Shown one piece after another: positions 23,989-37,100 of a DNA stretch of 64,000 nt. Source of the DNA: Anthoceros angustus. Taxonomy: Eukaryota > Plantae > Anthocerotophyta. The DNA is taken from positions 248,001-312,000 of the forward strand of contig VJWM01000179.1 in NCBI GenBank assembly GCA_010909165.1, given 5' to 3'. Every line of letters starts with the position of its first letter. The stretch's first letter is position 1. The position numbers were made by a program, and so were the translations under genes. The notes beneath the pieces were generated by a model, which had not been told where the DNA came from, made no database searches, and saw only the letters and a program-made list of their open reading frames with translations.

Positions 23989-26452
23989 GGCACCCACGCC
24001 CTAGCGGCCGACGGGGGCGGTGGCGCTGCTGGCTGTGCGTGCCCAATTTGCGCCCCGCAAGAAGACGTTGTGAGGTACGCCAGGCCTGGCAGCAGCTGCT
24101 CCCGATGCTGCTGTTGCTCTCCCGTAGTGCTGCGCTCACTGGTCCGCCATGCCCTAGGCCCGGGGCAGACTCCAAATAGCCCACAGCGACATAGGCGAGG
24201 CGGTAGATCAGGCGGCGCAGGCGGCGGTGCAATGAGCAAGTTGCGCGGGAGGCGTGGGCGCGGTCGGGCACGATGCCAACACACCTTATGCAAAGCCAGG
24301 CACCCTGGCTGGCTCGCTGGAACCGGAATGGCTGTCTGCACCAGGCTTCAGGACAACGGGGGAAAGAGAGAACTCCCAACCAAGTCCAGGGCCAGGGCCA
24401 GGGCCAGGGCCAGGGTTCCCGCACAGCAAAGCCTCCCGACTAACGACCCCTCCTCCTACACACACGAATTTCACACTGTCCTTTGCATTCTACTCTAAAC
24501 ATACTTTGCATCACTATTCTAAAACTTTTTTAGTGAGAAACTACTCTATCGACTCCTACTAGGTCTGAGCACCCCCTAACTCGCTAGCTAGCTCTGAAGG
24601 GAGAGAGATTGGTACTCAGATGGGGTGCCGAAAAGAAGTGGATACCTTGGTGCAAATAGCTTAGGCACTTCATAGTACGATTTGTTTAGTACCAAGTCCC
24701 ATCGACACACCGTCCATATGGACTATCATAGATTTTTTCTTTTTCTTCTTCTAAGCTACTTTATTATTACGTTATCTTAATGCAAAAAGACTCATCATAA
24801 CTAACCCACATATTAGTCCATCCATTCATCTACATACTGATAACTATTATTACTATATATTATACATTATTTATTATTTATAAATAAATTTACTTAATAC
24901 ATATAATCTTTATTCTACTTGGCCATTTGAACATAGAGAAATCACTGTCATTTTCTCAAGACAAAGGACTCCCTGTGTCCAATAGATTAACATTGTATAT
25001 AATGTGCTGGTCTTTCAAAGGTCCCATCTCTTCTCCTTTTATAGAGCTTCTTTTCTCTACATATATATATTGTCCAAAGATGAGATGCTCCCATCTACAT
25101 CCATGCAATGTGGAAAAAATCCTCTGTCTCGGCTCTCCAACTCACAATGTTGGACTTACCATGAGAGAGTTGAGTCTCACATCTCACATCGTGAGTCCAC
25201 CCCAAGGTAAGTATTGAAAGAAAGTCTCGGCGACATGACAAAATCCAGGTCATCAAAGGTCCTACTATATCATATGCCGTTGTTGTCCCTCATGGTATGG
25301 GATTTTGAATATGTAGACGACTATAATTGAATTAAACTACAAAATCTAGCTCGTTAAAAAGACTATGCAGTTTGATCTTTTTTTTACAATGGAGAAATTC
25401 CACTTGGCTCCTCCCTTTGGACCTCCTTCCAAGTGTGTGTGGCCTTGGCCACATCAATTGATACCATACACGACATTTTTTCAAAATGTAGTTGAATGGT
25501 TCTCTTTGTCTTGCCTGGCTTTATATACTGCTATCATGGTTTGGCTGCATTGCATTGAATTTATCGTGAGTATTGCATGAGTTTGTTATGAGTACCAGTT
25601 AAAATTCGCCCTAGAAATTTGAGCCAGGCGTCTCTTCCTCTACTCTTGTGTCACTCCTAATTGCATAGTGTAGAAACCCTCTACTGCCGTTTTTCAATTA
25701 GTACTCGCAAGTGCGGTTCTTGTTTGACGAGCCTTCAGAGTTTCAACAAACGAAGACATATCTGCATTGACTTGTTTTTGCGAAAGCCATCATACAGAAA
25801 ATGCAACAAGTGCAGTTTGGCCATATCTTGACACTCCTCTAAGAAGAAAAGGTCAACAACCACCGACGCTGCTTGCATAAAAGCTTCTCTCACCGCTCAA
25901 CAGGTTCGAGCCTTACCTTTTTTTGTCTCCTAGTTTGAAGAGTTACTTAACAAACAATTTTGTAGCATGGCTACTACATACTCATTGTCCATAGGCATTG
26001 TACTCTGTAGCACAATGAGTCAAAATATAATGAGATATGTCTTTAAAGCCATCAACCTGCCAACTAGCTAGTGTGGGAGATTTTCCAATGTTTTTTAAAT
26101 GGAATTCTATGTTGAGTGCATCGATTCATTACGTCAACAAGATACTAAGTCACACAAAATTATTATTGCAACCAGAGTTTCAAAAATCCTTTAAACTACC
26201 ATCCATACTACAATTTGCACTAAATTAAAAACATGTGACACTTTAGTTTTAAGCATGGCCTACATGCCTTATCGCTCAAATGATCTAGCATTGAGTATAG
26301 TAGAGTTCAATTTGTGTTAGCATATGACGGAACAGACGGGGCTTTTGATAATGACAAATAAATACTTAACATTTTTGTGGTCTTTTGCATCTGTTACAAC
26401 TTAATAATTTTGAATTACTCATCTATTACAGCAAAACGGTTACGTAAGGCCA

Positions 26453-26710
26453 TCAACCCCTTGGGGGCCGATAATCAAGAAGCTCAGAGCGACATAGACT
26501 AGTGAGCTTAGGAATATGAAAGAAAAACAATCTGCGCAAGGCAAAACCAGTACACTCGAGAAGAAGACTATAACGAGCTTGAATAGAAGCATAGGTAGGG
26601 CAATAGAAAAGAAAGTGCGTTGCAGACTCCGTGCCGAGGGAGCAGAGCTTGAAAATACGAGCATCCTGAGGAGACGCAGGCTTAAACCAGTGGTCGGTCT
26701 CAATTAGATT
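26453..26710 (-). mobile_element. 5'-truncated non-LTR retrotransposon (LINE) 3' fragment
   Basis: LIETDHW...RIFKLCSLGTESATHFLFYCPTYASIQARY fits the degenerate 'IETGRW..R.C.LC..E..HFL..CP.Y..R' C-terminal zinc motif of LINE ORF2. Confidence 0.65.
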
Positions 26711-27005
26711 CTCAAAAGTAGGTACCAGAACACAAACTTTAAACATATTTCCAATGCCATATCTACTTCTACGAACGGCAATCATAGAGCTATGCAACAT
26801 GTAAATAGTAATGCTACGCCACCTAGTACCACAACTATGGTGACAATAGCCATACCATCGAACCAACTCGAGTAGGCATATGATTTCTAACACAACACTA
26901 CATAGAGAAGAGTTACCTGAGGAGAAAATTTTGGCAAGCTGATTATTGAAAGGACCTACTTGCAAAGAGTGGCAACATGCAACATGCTAACATGTGATAC
27001 CGTAC

Positions 27006-27321
27006 TTGTCTCTGCCTTCTTCCGCATCTTGGGTGTAGGCGAGGGAGCGATCAACCGTGCCTTGGCATGCATCCACGTGCTCTTGATTCGCACACCTGGC
27101 CTTGTTCACCCTTGTCTCGCCTTCCTCCGCATCTTGGGTGTAGGTGAGGGAGCGATCAACCGTGCCTTGGCATGCATCCACGTGCTCTTGATTCGCACAC
27201 CTGGCCTTGTTCACCCTTGTCTCGCCTTCCTCCGCATCTTGGGTGTAGGTGAGGGAGCGATCAACCGTGCCTTGGCATGCATCCACGTGCTCTTGATTCG
27301 CACACCTGGCCTTGTTCACCC
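27006..27321. repeat. 3 x 105-bp near-perfect GC-rich tandem repeat in AT-rich intergenic DNA
   Basis: cttgtctc...ttgttcacc units start at 27006, 27111 and 27216. Confidence 0.95.
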
Positions 27322-28454
27322 GCAGCGTTGTTCGGCATGCATTTCTTTTCTTTTTTATTTTAAGAAAAAAGAATAAAGTTTTATTAAAATACAAATAATT
27401 TGAATAATAAAAAAAATCATAGATCTCATCTATAGTAAGAACCAGCAAAAGAACGATAGGTGTAGGTGTAGGTGTGTAGTCTAAGGCGGAGAACCTATGC
27501 TCATAAAAATCCAAGTCTCCCAGAGTTATATATTTAAATACCTATTTCTGAATTAATTTGAAATAAAAGCTCCATCTTTACTACTTTTTAAATAAATTCT
27601 TTTAAGTAGTTACTAATTTTATTTTGATTTAAATTTTTGAATATGGTTTCTACTAACTTCTTAATAACTATCAAAACACATAACATTGTATGCCCCAAAA
27701 AGCAAGTCCTTTGAATATTAATTTGGCATTTAGCAAAAACTATTTGTATAATTTGAATTTTTTTCTTAAAATCCTATGCATCTTATGAACGAAAATAATA
27801 TAAATTCTAATTTTATACATTGCTAAATCAAAACTTGCCCAATCAAAATTTTCTTCTTTATCTAAGAAGGTAGCCATGAGTTTGCTGTATTTCTTTGAAT
27901 CTCCCTTCCTCCTTGTCCTGTTACACATAACACTTAGACATTTCATTAAATTTATAAATATTCACATATATTTAAAGTATGAAAACTCATTTTGTATGGG
28001 TAACAAATATAGCAACATGGTGTTAGGAAATGAAAGCTTCCTATGAAATTTGAAGAAACCAATAAGTAAGATACCTATTTCAACACATCGTTACTCAGAA
28101 GCGTGCTACACTTGTCTTCTTGTTGAAAAGTCTATACTTTTCATTAAGATGATCTATGAAAGTTCATATCCATTGGAAAAAATTCATCAATATAAAATTC
28201 AAACTATGTAAACAAATACTTCAAAATGCATAGCTTTCTCGAACAAAAAAGAAATGTCAATATTGATCTTGCTTGTGGAATGTAGTGTACAGTCTGAAAG
28301 AACTTACAATATTAATGATGATCACATGAGCGTAAAGGCACTTCACAAGTAAGCGCCTTTAAATTCCGAAGTCTATATCATGAATATGAATTCCAAAAAT
28401 ATAAAAACTTTGAATCCTCAACATATAGTAAAAGAACTCCTGATGTTCATGTGT

Positions 28455-30257
28455 TTACCTACCCATAGCACTTATACTCACACTCAAAACAAATCCATGA
28501 CAACCCAAAGTATGGTTTATGTATATTATTCTCTCTGACTCTGATACTTGGACGCAATCTAGAGGATTCCAAGCAATATGTAAACCTAAAGGATAATAGA
28601 ACCCTCTATGTACAAAAATCTCTGTACTACATGGGAATGAATTTTCTGCAAAATAATACAAAGAAAAGTGGGAGGTCAAAGGATTGAAAGCATAAGAGAT
28701 GATCTTTCCACATACTGCTTGTGGATAAGTTCTTGCAAGCTTCTTAGCTAGAAGCATATTTATTTCACCATCAGGATTGAAAAGAGATTGCTCCACAATT
28801 GATCCAGTTTTATTAAGAAATGCTTTATACTCCCAACCAATCCAAGATTGAATGTGCTCGTCTGCAGCTGATAAGACCTCATCAACTTTGTCCTTGATTG
28901 TCCATGAATTAGGTTGTAATTTCTCTTCACCATCAACTTCATCTTGTTTTACTCCTATGGAATACATGTCCGATGCTACAGGCCATTTCGACTTTCTTCC
29001 TAGATTGGCAATGAAAAACTCCGTAAGCATAGCACCACATCCAAGTCTTCTACTTTCTTTCACACGCTCCGAGAAAGCTTGTTTAGGACTGAGATTAGGA
29101 GGACTATAATAATGATAGCTGAGGACAGTGCGATTTCGAAAATTGTTTCCCCCTGGAACAGTAGCAAAACCACAAGTAAAGTCATCAAATGTGATTGTTT
29201 CAATGAAGAGGATTCGGCCTGGATCCATAGATCGCACTGCAGCTTGCAACTTGTCATAGAATTGGGCCAAATTTATACGATCAGCCACCCCTGGAAGTAA
29301 TAAAGATGGATGTCTGAAAAAATTACCTGGCCATGGCTCATTAATAAGCTCATAGCCTAGTACCCCAGCCTGGTTATGAAAAGCATGAGCCACGGTTTTC
29401 CAATATCGAGCCAAAAGGTCACTCCATCCCCAACGATTTTCATATAAATCTTGGAATGCTCTTGATACTGCATATGAAAAATAATACCAAAACCAATTAT
29501 GCTTACCACATTGCTCTGGACGTCTCTCTTTACCATCAACTTCGAATTCATCTATTGGCCATCTTGGGCTTAAAGGCTCTGGAAACGTCTGTGCATATGG
29601 GATTAACTTCTTAACTTGAGCGCTTTCTTCTATTTCCCCTTGACAAGCTATCTCCAAGATATACTTGTTGTTCCTCGAATCCACATCCTTCCTGCCAGAA
29701 GATGTCTCCCTCTCTAATACCCAACCCGGTACACCCTCACCACAAAACTCGGAGGTAAATAGATCTTGATGGAATTCAAGCAATGAATAAATTCCGGCCT
29801 TGTGAAGCTTTTCAACAATAGACCTCATGATATCCAAGTACGTAGAGTTAAATTGTCCTCGAATAGGTTCTACTCCGGGCCACATGATAGCCAGTCTCAC
29901 AACGTTCATACCCCATTGCTTCAACAAAGCAATATCTGTATCACAAAATGACATCTGTGGATCAAATTGATCAATGTGAGGATGCCATGGACATCCTTTC
30001 ATCACAACATTGAGACCATGAAAAATCCGCTCCCTTCCTATTTTGTCACGAATCTGTCCTGCTTCACTCACATGAAATTCTGGCACAAGGGTGCTTACAA
30101 CTTCCAAATGGTTTAAAAGAACCATAAACCCTAGAACAATCCCAAACTCTACACAAATAAAGTTTGTCCTACTATAAACCTCAAATCTTGCAAGCTTCTT
30201 GAAAAACAATATTTCTATGCTCATTAAATCAAACATTGTATCCCATAACGGGAACAT
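28455..30257 (-). CDS. Glycoside hydrolase family 5, endoglycoceramidase-like (intronless, about 600 aa)
   Basis: GRERIFHGLNVVMK, WGMNVVRLAIMWPGVEP, SLLEFHQD, GEGVPGW, GYELINEP (acid/base Glu), LSYHYY, MLTEF (nucleophile Glu), SWIGWEYK and RTYPQAVCG, plus a C-terminal beta domain. N-terminal hydrophobic segment FGIVLGFMVLL. The start could be any of several nearby ATGs. Confidence 0.88.
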   Translation of the reverse strand: MFPLWDTMFDLMSIEILFFKKLARFEVYSRTNFICVEFGIVLGFMVLLNHLEVVSTLVPEFHVSEAGQIRDKIGRERIFHGLNVVMKGCPWHPHIDQFDPQMSFCDTDIALLKQWGMNVVRLAIMWPGVEPIRGQFNSTYLDIMRSIVEKLHKAGIYSLLEFHQDLFTSEFCGEGVPGWVLERETSSGRKDVDSRNNKYILEIACQGEIEESAQVKKLIPYAQTFPEPLSPRWPIDEFEVDGKERRPEQCGKHNWFWYYFSYAVSRAFQDLYENRWGWSDLLARYWKTVAHAFHNQAGVLGYELINEPWPGNFFRHPSLLLPGVADRINLAQFYDKLQAAVRSMDPGRILFIETITFDDFTCGFATVPGGNNFRNRTVLSYHYYSPPNLSPKQAFSERVKESRRLGCGAMLTEFFIANLGRKSKWPVASDMYSIGVKQDEVDGEEKLQPNSWTIKDKVDEVLSAADEHIQSWIGWEYKAFLNKTGSIVEQSLFNPDGEINMLLAKKLARTYPQAVCGKIISYAFNPLTSHFSLYYFAENSFPCSTEIFVHRGFYYPLGLHIAWNPLDCVQVSESERIIYINHTLGCHGFVLSVSISAMGR

Positions 30258-31184
30258 TTCAGAATGACACAAAACACCCTACTTGGTGGAAACTTGGATT
30301 ATGATCCAAGTTTCCACAATATTGAATTATCCTTGTGACTTCATCCCAAGCGTATGCTAAATAACAACTTGCTTGTCTTATCTACCAGCATAAAATAACC
30401 TACAAAGTGAAAGCTGGCCTCCAGCCAGATATACTTTCAAAAGAAGAGCATAAAGACTCCCACATAACTACGGATCTGTGCAAGCTAGAGTACACTAGGC
30501 TACGCTCCGGAGATCCATATCTTCGTCTAGCACGAAGTCTACCAGTCCATCCTTCGGACTTGGCTAGCTCGAGGGGAAAAAAAGGAAGGGGTCACACAAA
30601 CCTAAAACCTAAAGAACGGGAGGTGTGGGTTTTGGGAGGAGCGAGGGGAGACTAATCCCCCGAGGCAGCGGGCTAATAAAATATAGGTACGGAATTTATG
30701 CATAACGGGCATTGGTGTGCATGGTAGAAATTTTTGAAAAAGGGAGGTGAGAATTCCCTCTCACGTTTGAACTTGGGGTATCCTGGTGTGGTGGTGCGGT
30801 GACGCCATGATGGTGATGTCCGTCCTTTAGGGCTGTTCGTGGCAGACAGAAGTGTTTGTGGGTTGGGTGTGGGACTGTGTAAAAACTCACAGTCCAAGTC
30901 CGTGTGTTGGACTGTGATGAAGTGAGTGGTGCGTGCACTCAGCTCTGCCCGGAAATGCCACTTGCATCCGCGACCCTCACGCTGCGCCACTCTAATTTCT
31001 GAAATCAATTTGCACTGACCCACAGTTCGGTCCGGGCGCACTACGCCAGCTGGAGGCAACCATCAAGCCGCTGCAGCGCCCCTGGATGTCTAGGTTGCCG
31101 CCTGCTGTGGCTCCAGAGATCCCAAGAACAGAGCCTCAAAATTCAGACTGTGGGAAGAAGATCAAGGGCGACTCGGAGCTCTGA

Positions 31185-34100
31185 ATGGTACCCGCTCGCT
31201 TGCAGACGGTGATTCATTCTGGGCGGGCACCGGTCCAGGGGCGCCCTGCTAATTCCGCGGATCTCTACTCGTGCGCCCACCTGGACTGGATGAATTCCTA
31301 GCCCGCTCCGGAGATCCATGTGACTGACGTCTGCACCAGGATCTGACGGTCAGCTGTGGGCGGGAGTTTGTGGTGAAGCTCACATGCGCAGTTGACTCTG
31401 ATGCAGGGTCCGAGCACCAATATCTTAGTAGGCACCCAGGTCTGGGTCGAGGACAATGAGAAGGCCTGGGTGGAAGCTGAGGTTGTCGAAATTGTCGGCA
31501 ACCAAATCAAAGCTCGAACCAGACATGGAAAAACGGTGATGCCCATTGCCTGGATCCTTGCACAGGCTGATTTCCCTGGTTTCTTTTGGTCTGTTGAGCT
31601 GCACGGTGCTGTGTTTTTGCTCTGGACTTTGGAGGTCCGGCCGGTGCTTCGGTGGGGATCTTGTCTTTGGCCCAAGCCTGCCTTGTGAGTGATTTTGAGG
31701 TTGGAATTTCGTTTGCAGGTTGTCTCGGCTGCAACCAATGTGCATGCCAAGGATGTGGATGCACAACGGGGCGGGGTTGACGACATGACCAAGCTTGCGT
31801 ACCTGCATGAGCCGGGTGTTCTCTACAATCTCGCGAGTAGATATGAGCTCGATGAAATATATGTGAGTGTGTAGTTAGCTTAAATGGATGTTGGCACCCA
31901 GTGTGTGAGGTTTTGATCTTCCCGGAATGTGAGCACATGTTTTGCTTCCTGGTCGGGTTGACTTTGTTTTCTCAAAGACAGTGTGTTGCTGTTGCAGACA
32001 TACACCGGGAACATTCTGATAGCCGTCAACCCCTTTCAAAAGCTCCCACATCTTTATGATGGTCACATGATGGAACAGTACAAAGGAGTAGCTCTGGGAG
32101 AATTGAGTCCTCATGTCTTTGCCGTAGCAGATGCCTCCTACCGGTGTGTACACATGGTTCCGAACAGCTTTCTTGTTCAGTTCTTGTGTATGATTCATGC
32201 AGCGGCTAAGATAGCATATTTTGGTAGGGCAATGATTGATGAAGGAAAGAGCCAGTCAATATTGGTGAGTGGAGAAAGTGGAGCAGGAAAAACGGAAACC
32301 ACAAAATTGATTATGCAATACCTAGCATACATGGGGGGTCGTGCTGCAACTGATGGCCGAACAGTTGAGCAGCAGGTTCTTGAGGTACCGTGACACTCCT
32401 TGCCTATCCCCTGGAGTCACAACGGCATGCATTTCCTGCCCAGTGCTCTGAAGTATCCCCAAGCTTTGTCGTTTGCCTCTTCTGATGTAGTTTCACTCCT
32501 CGGTTCACACAGTCAAACCCGCTGCTGGAGGCTTTTGGAAATGCGAAAACTGTTCGGAATGACAACTCCAGGTAATTTCTCCTGTTGAGTTGGAGGACAA
32601 GCAGGCATTCAAATCTTTCTTAGCTAGTAAACCACGATTTCATGTGTTTTGCTGGTTTGTAACTTTGTCCCTTAACTTGTCACTTTCCATTTGTGTCTCA
32701 GTCGGTTCGGCAAGTTTGTTGAAATCCAGTTTGACCGAGGTGGAAGGATATCAGGAGCTGCAGTTAGAACGTATCTATTGGAAAGATCTCGGGTCGTACA
32801 GATTGCAGATCCAGAGAGAAACTATCACTGCTTCTATCAACTGTGTGCATCCCCAGAGGTAAACACCATGCTACAAGGTGCAGGAAGCCAAGTACTGCTA
32901 TATGTGGTTGCAGGCAAGTGATCGTCTTTGCACTAAGTAATGTGCCTTTGAAGGGCCGGTAGTGTTCTAACGGTTTGCTGACAATGTTCTAGGATGCTGA
33001 GAAATACAAGCTCGGTGACGCCAAATCTTTTCACTATCTCAATCAAAGTAACTGCTACGAGTTGAACAATGTTAACAATGCACGTGAGTATGCTAATACT
33101 AGGAGGGCCATGGATGTTGTGGGCATCAGCCTTGACGAGCAGGTTTGTCCTAACAGATCTATATGTTTGGAGTCTACGTTGTCAAGGTTCTCCTGCATGA
33201 TGTTGTGGGCCCATCAATGAGGCCACTGACATTCAATTTCTGATGCTGCTTGCAGGAGGCCATCTTCCGAGTAGTAGCTTCTATTTTGCACTTGGGCAAT
33301 GTCAAGTTCAGTCCAGGGAAGGAGACAGATTCTTCCAAACCTCAAGATACTCAATCTGAATTTCACCTTAAAGCTGCTGCAGAGTTGCTGATGTAAGACA
33401 CATGTTTGTTACACTCTTCTATCCAATGCACATTGCTCGCACTTGCCCACATTCATGAACTTTGGTACATGGGTCTTAGGTGTGATGAGCAAGGCTTATT
33501 GGATTCGCTTACAACTCGAACCATTAAGAGTGTGAATGAGCTAATTACAAAGACCTTGGACCCTGAAGCAGCAACTATCAACCGAGACACTCTGGCAAAG
33601 ACTGTCTACTCTCGGCTATTTGATTGGTCTATCTATCAAACCTTGATTGGGAACTTTCTGTTTTCCTTATGAGTGTAACGCTTCGATCTCAAGAGACTTC
33701 GCAGGCTGTTGTAGCTGATAGAGTGTCTGTAACTCACTGTGTTGTTTCTTCCATTTTGTTAATTGCAGGCTTGTTGACAAGGTTAACAACTCTATTGGGC
33801 AGGACCCTGATTCCAGCACCTTGGTTGGTGTTTTGGATATTTATGGCTTCGAAAGCTTCAAGAACAATAGGTGATTTCATCTCCCAATGTTGTCAAAAAA
33901 ACTTCGAAATTTGTGTTACGGTAGAGGTGATAAGGTTGTATAGCTCAGCAAGTTCCAGTGACTGGTTATGTAAGCTTTCTGATTGGTCTGCAATTGCTGC
34001 CACAGCTTCGAGCAATTCTGTATCAACCTGGCAAATGAAAAGCTGCAGCAGCATTTCAACCAGGTATGTTTTGCCAGGATAGAGTATTCAATACATTATT

Positions 34101-37100
34101 CACGTTTCTGATTGCAATGCCATATGTATGTCAATTAAGAATACTGTATTTTGATTTTCTGTTCGAATGGTTGCAGCATGTGTTTAAGATGGAGCAAGAG
34201 GAGTATGAAAAGGAAGCTATCAATTGGAGCTACATAGAGTTTGTTGACAATCAGGATATCTTGGACCTTGTGGAAAGGGTGGGGTGACCAGGCATTCATG
34301 TGGTTGTTGTGCATGTGCTGAGTCTGGACTGTGATCTGTTGACTGTTGGCATGTTGACATCTTGTTTGCTGCCTTACTCAATTTAAACAGATGTTCAACT
34401 GGCTGGGTTCGTGAGGCAGCTGTGAACTGAAGCTTAAGAGTGCTTGTGTTCTGTTACACCTGTGTTGAGAGGAGATACGCCAACAATTTTCCAGTGAAAC
34501 ATTTTTATTTGCCTGCTCATTTTGGTGAATGGTTGCTGTGGCACAATTTTTTCAGAAGCCTGGTGGGATTATTGCGCTTCTGGACGAAGCTTGGTAAGCT
34601 CCTACTGGTTAGCTTCCTGCGCATGTTTGGCGCGATATGATGAGGCTATTGGTTCTGACTGGACATTCTTTTTTCAGCTGTCATCTGGCCTTGGAAAGCT
34701 TTGCCTTATAGTTCCAAAATGTGTGCAGCATGTTCCCGAAGTCGACAAATGAAACATTTGCCACCAAATTGTTTCAAATGTTTAGAAGCCACAAACGCTT
34801 TAGTAAACCAAAGCTTGCCAGGACTGACTTCACCATCAGCCATTATGCTGGCGATGTAAGTCTCATCTCTTGCAAAACTGAGTTTTGTTCAATCTGTTGC
34901 TTCCTGACACGTTATTTGTAGTGCAGGTTACATACCAAACGGACTTATTCTTGGAAAAGAACAAAGACTATGTTGTTGCAGAGCACCAAAACTTGCTAGG
35001 CTCGTCGAAGTGCCCATTTGTTGCGAGCCTGTTCCCTGCATCAACTGATGATTCCAGATCATCCTACAAGTTTTCTTCAATTGGCACTCGTTTTAAGGTT
35101 GCAAAATGTCACTTGTACGCTGTAGAGCTTGACAGAGTCCCTCTGCCTCCAGTGTGGCTAATGAAGTGGGCGTGACTCTATTGGAACAGCAACAATTGCA
35201 GCAACTGATGGAAACGCTGAACCAGACAGAACCACACTATGTACGCTGTGTCAAGCCAAACATGTACAACAAACCTGGGCGTTTTGAGAACAACAATGTG
35301 CTGCAACAACTTCGTTGCGGGGTAAGTTGGTTTCATTGTTTGGATTGAAGCAGAAGAATGTTTACGCTTAGTTCCCCTAGTTGCAAGCCTTCAGATTGCA
35401 ATCTTCAAGTCTAAGGTGTATTATGGATTGCAGATAGTTCCTAACACTACATGCCCCTGGTGTCTGGCGTGTTGTGCAGGGTGTTCTTGAAGCTGTGAGA
35501 ATCAGCTGTGCTGGATATCCAACTAGAAGAACTTTTGATGACTTTCTTGATCGATTTAGCTTGTTGGCACCCGAGGTTCTGGAGGGAAAGTAAGCTCATG
35601 TGCTAGCGTTGAAAGCAACAATGTCTGATGCATTTATTTCCTGGCTTTTCATGGTATCTATACTTTTCTGTTGTGGGGCAGTTATGACGAAAAAGCGGCA
35701 ACAGAAAAGCTTCTCAAGAAAATGGGTCTCAGTAACTTCCAGGTAGGCTTAAGCACAGTTGATCCTTCCCATTGACGGGGGTTACCTGTGGTGCTCTCTC
35801 TGCACGGGTATCCTTGACTGCCTGTTATGGTACTTTCTGTTTGAGCTGAATTTTGTGTATTTGCAGGTGGGGAAAACCAAGGTCTTCCTTAGAGCTGGTC
35901 AAATGGCAGAACTTGATGCAAAGAGAGCAGAGTTGTTAAACAACGCTGCAAGAGTAATCCAGCGACGGGTCCGCACTTTTCTTGCACAAAGGCATTTTGT
36001 TGCCATGCGAAAGGCTGCCATTTGTATCCAGGCTCACTGGCGAGGTAAAGGAGTTGTGCCAAATGTTTTGTCAATTCTGAAGTGGTATAGCGAAACCCTT
36101 TGCATGATTTACGTAATTTGTTTTGAGTGCATGCAGGGAGACTTGCTAGAAAGCAGTATGAGAACATGCGGAAGGAGGCAGCAGCTGTCTGCATTCAAAA
36201 GAACGTTCGTATGTGGCAAGCACGTAATGCATACAAGAAAATGCGTAAGGCAGCAATTGTCATCCAGGCAGGTGTGCGTGGGATGTTTGCTCGCAAGGAG
36301 TATCGGCTGCGAAGGCAAACAAAGGCTGCAATCATTATTCAGGTGTGAACCTGTCTTGAGAATCGTTCCTTCGGGTCTTTAAAGTTGTGGAAATGTTGTT
36401 CATGGTCCCTCTTTTGCTTTCAGAAACACTGGCGTGGCTATAGGGAACGCTCGTATTACAAAAAGTTACGGAAAGCTGCGATTACATTCCAGAAACACTG
36501 GCGTGGAAGGGCTGCCAGGAAGGAGCTCAAAAAGCTTAAAATGGTGTGTTCATGTATCCTTATTGTTGAGCACTTCATGATTTTCTTCCAAATTGCCTCT
36601 TGTAAATCTTGGTGGGAAATTCTGTGTAGGCTGCGAAAGAGACGGGTGCATTGCAAGAAGCTAAGACCAAACTAGAGAAGCGCTGTGAAGAGCTCACTTG
36701 GCGCCTGCAACTTGAGAAGCGCATGCGGGTACTGTAGAATTTTATTTATGTTATTTTCTGGAGCTTCCACGCAAACCTTGAGCATGCCATGTCATTGTTG
36801 AAAGCTTACACTTCATATGAATGTAAGCCAATTCCTGGTTCTGTGTGTTCTGGGATGCAGACTGATGCTGAGGATGCCAAAGCACAAGAGATTACGAGAC
36901 TTCAAGGATCAATGCAAGAGCTACAGGCAGAACTTGAGGCAACGAAGTCATCCCTTATCAAGGAAAGGGAGACAGCGAAACAGGTGGTAGTCCCTGTTCC
37001 CAAGGAGGTGCCTGTTGTAATAGAGAATGGTCCAAAGATCGAGAAGCTGTCACAGGAGAATGAGAAGCTAAAGGTAAATGGTCTCAATGGTTGCAGAATT

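Noticed and set aside
23865-24562. Several long overlapping ORFs upstream of the MATH gene
   Set aside because: GC-rich 5'UTR/promoter with a (CCAGGG)n run; low stop density explains them.
26960-27514. ORFs with 35-aa repeats on both strands
   Set aside because: By-products of the 105-bp tandem repeat with no supporting gene structure.
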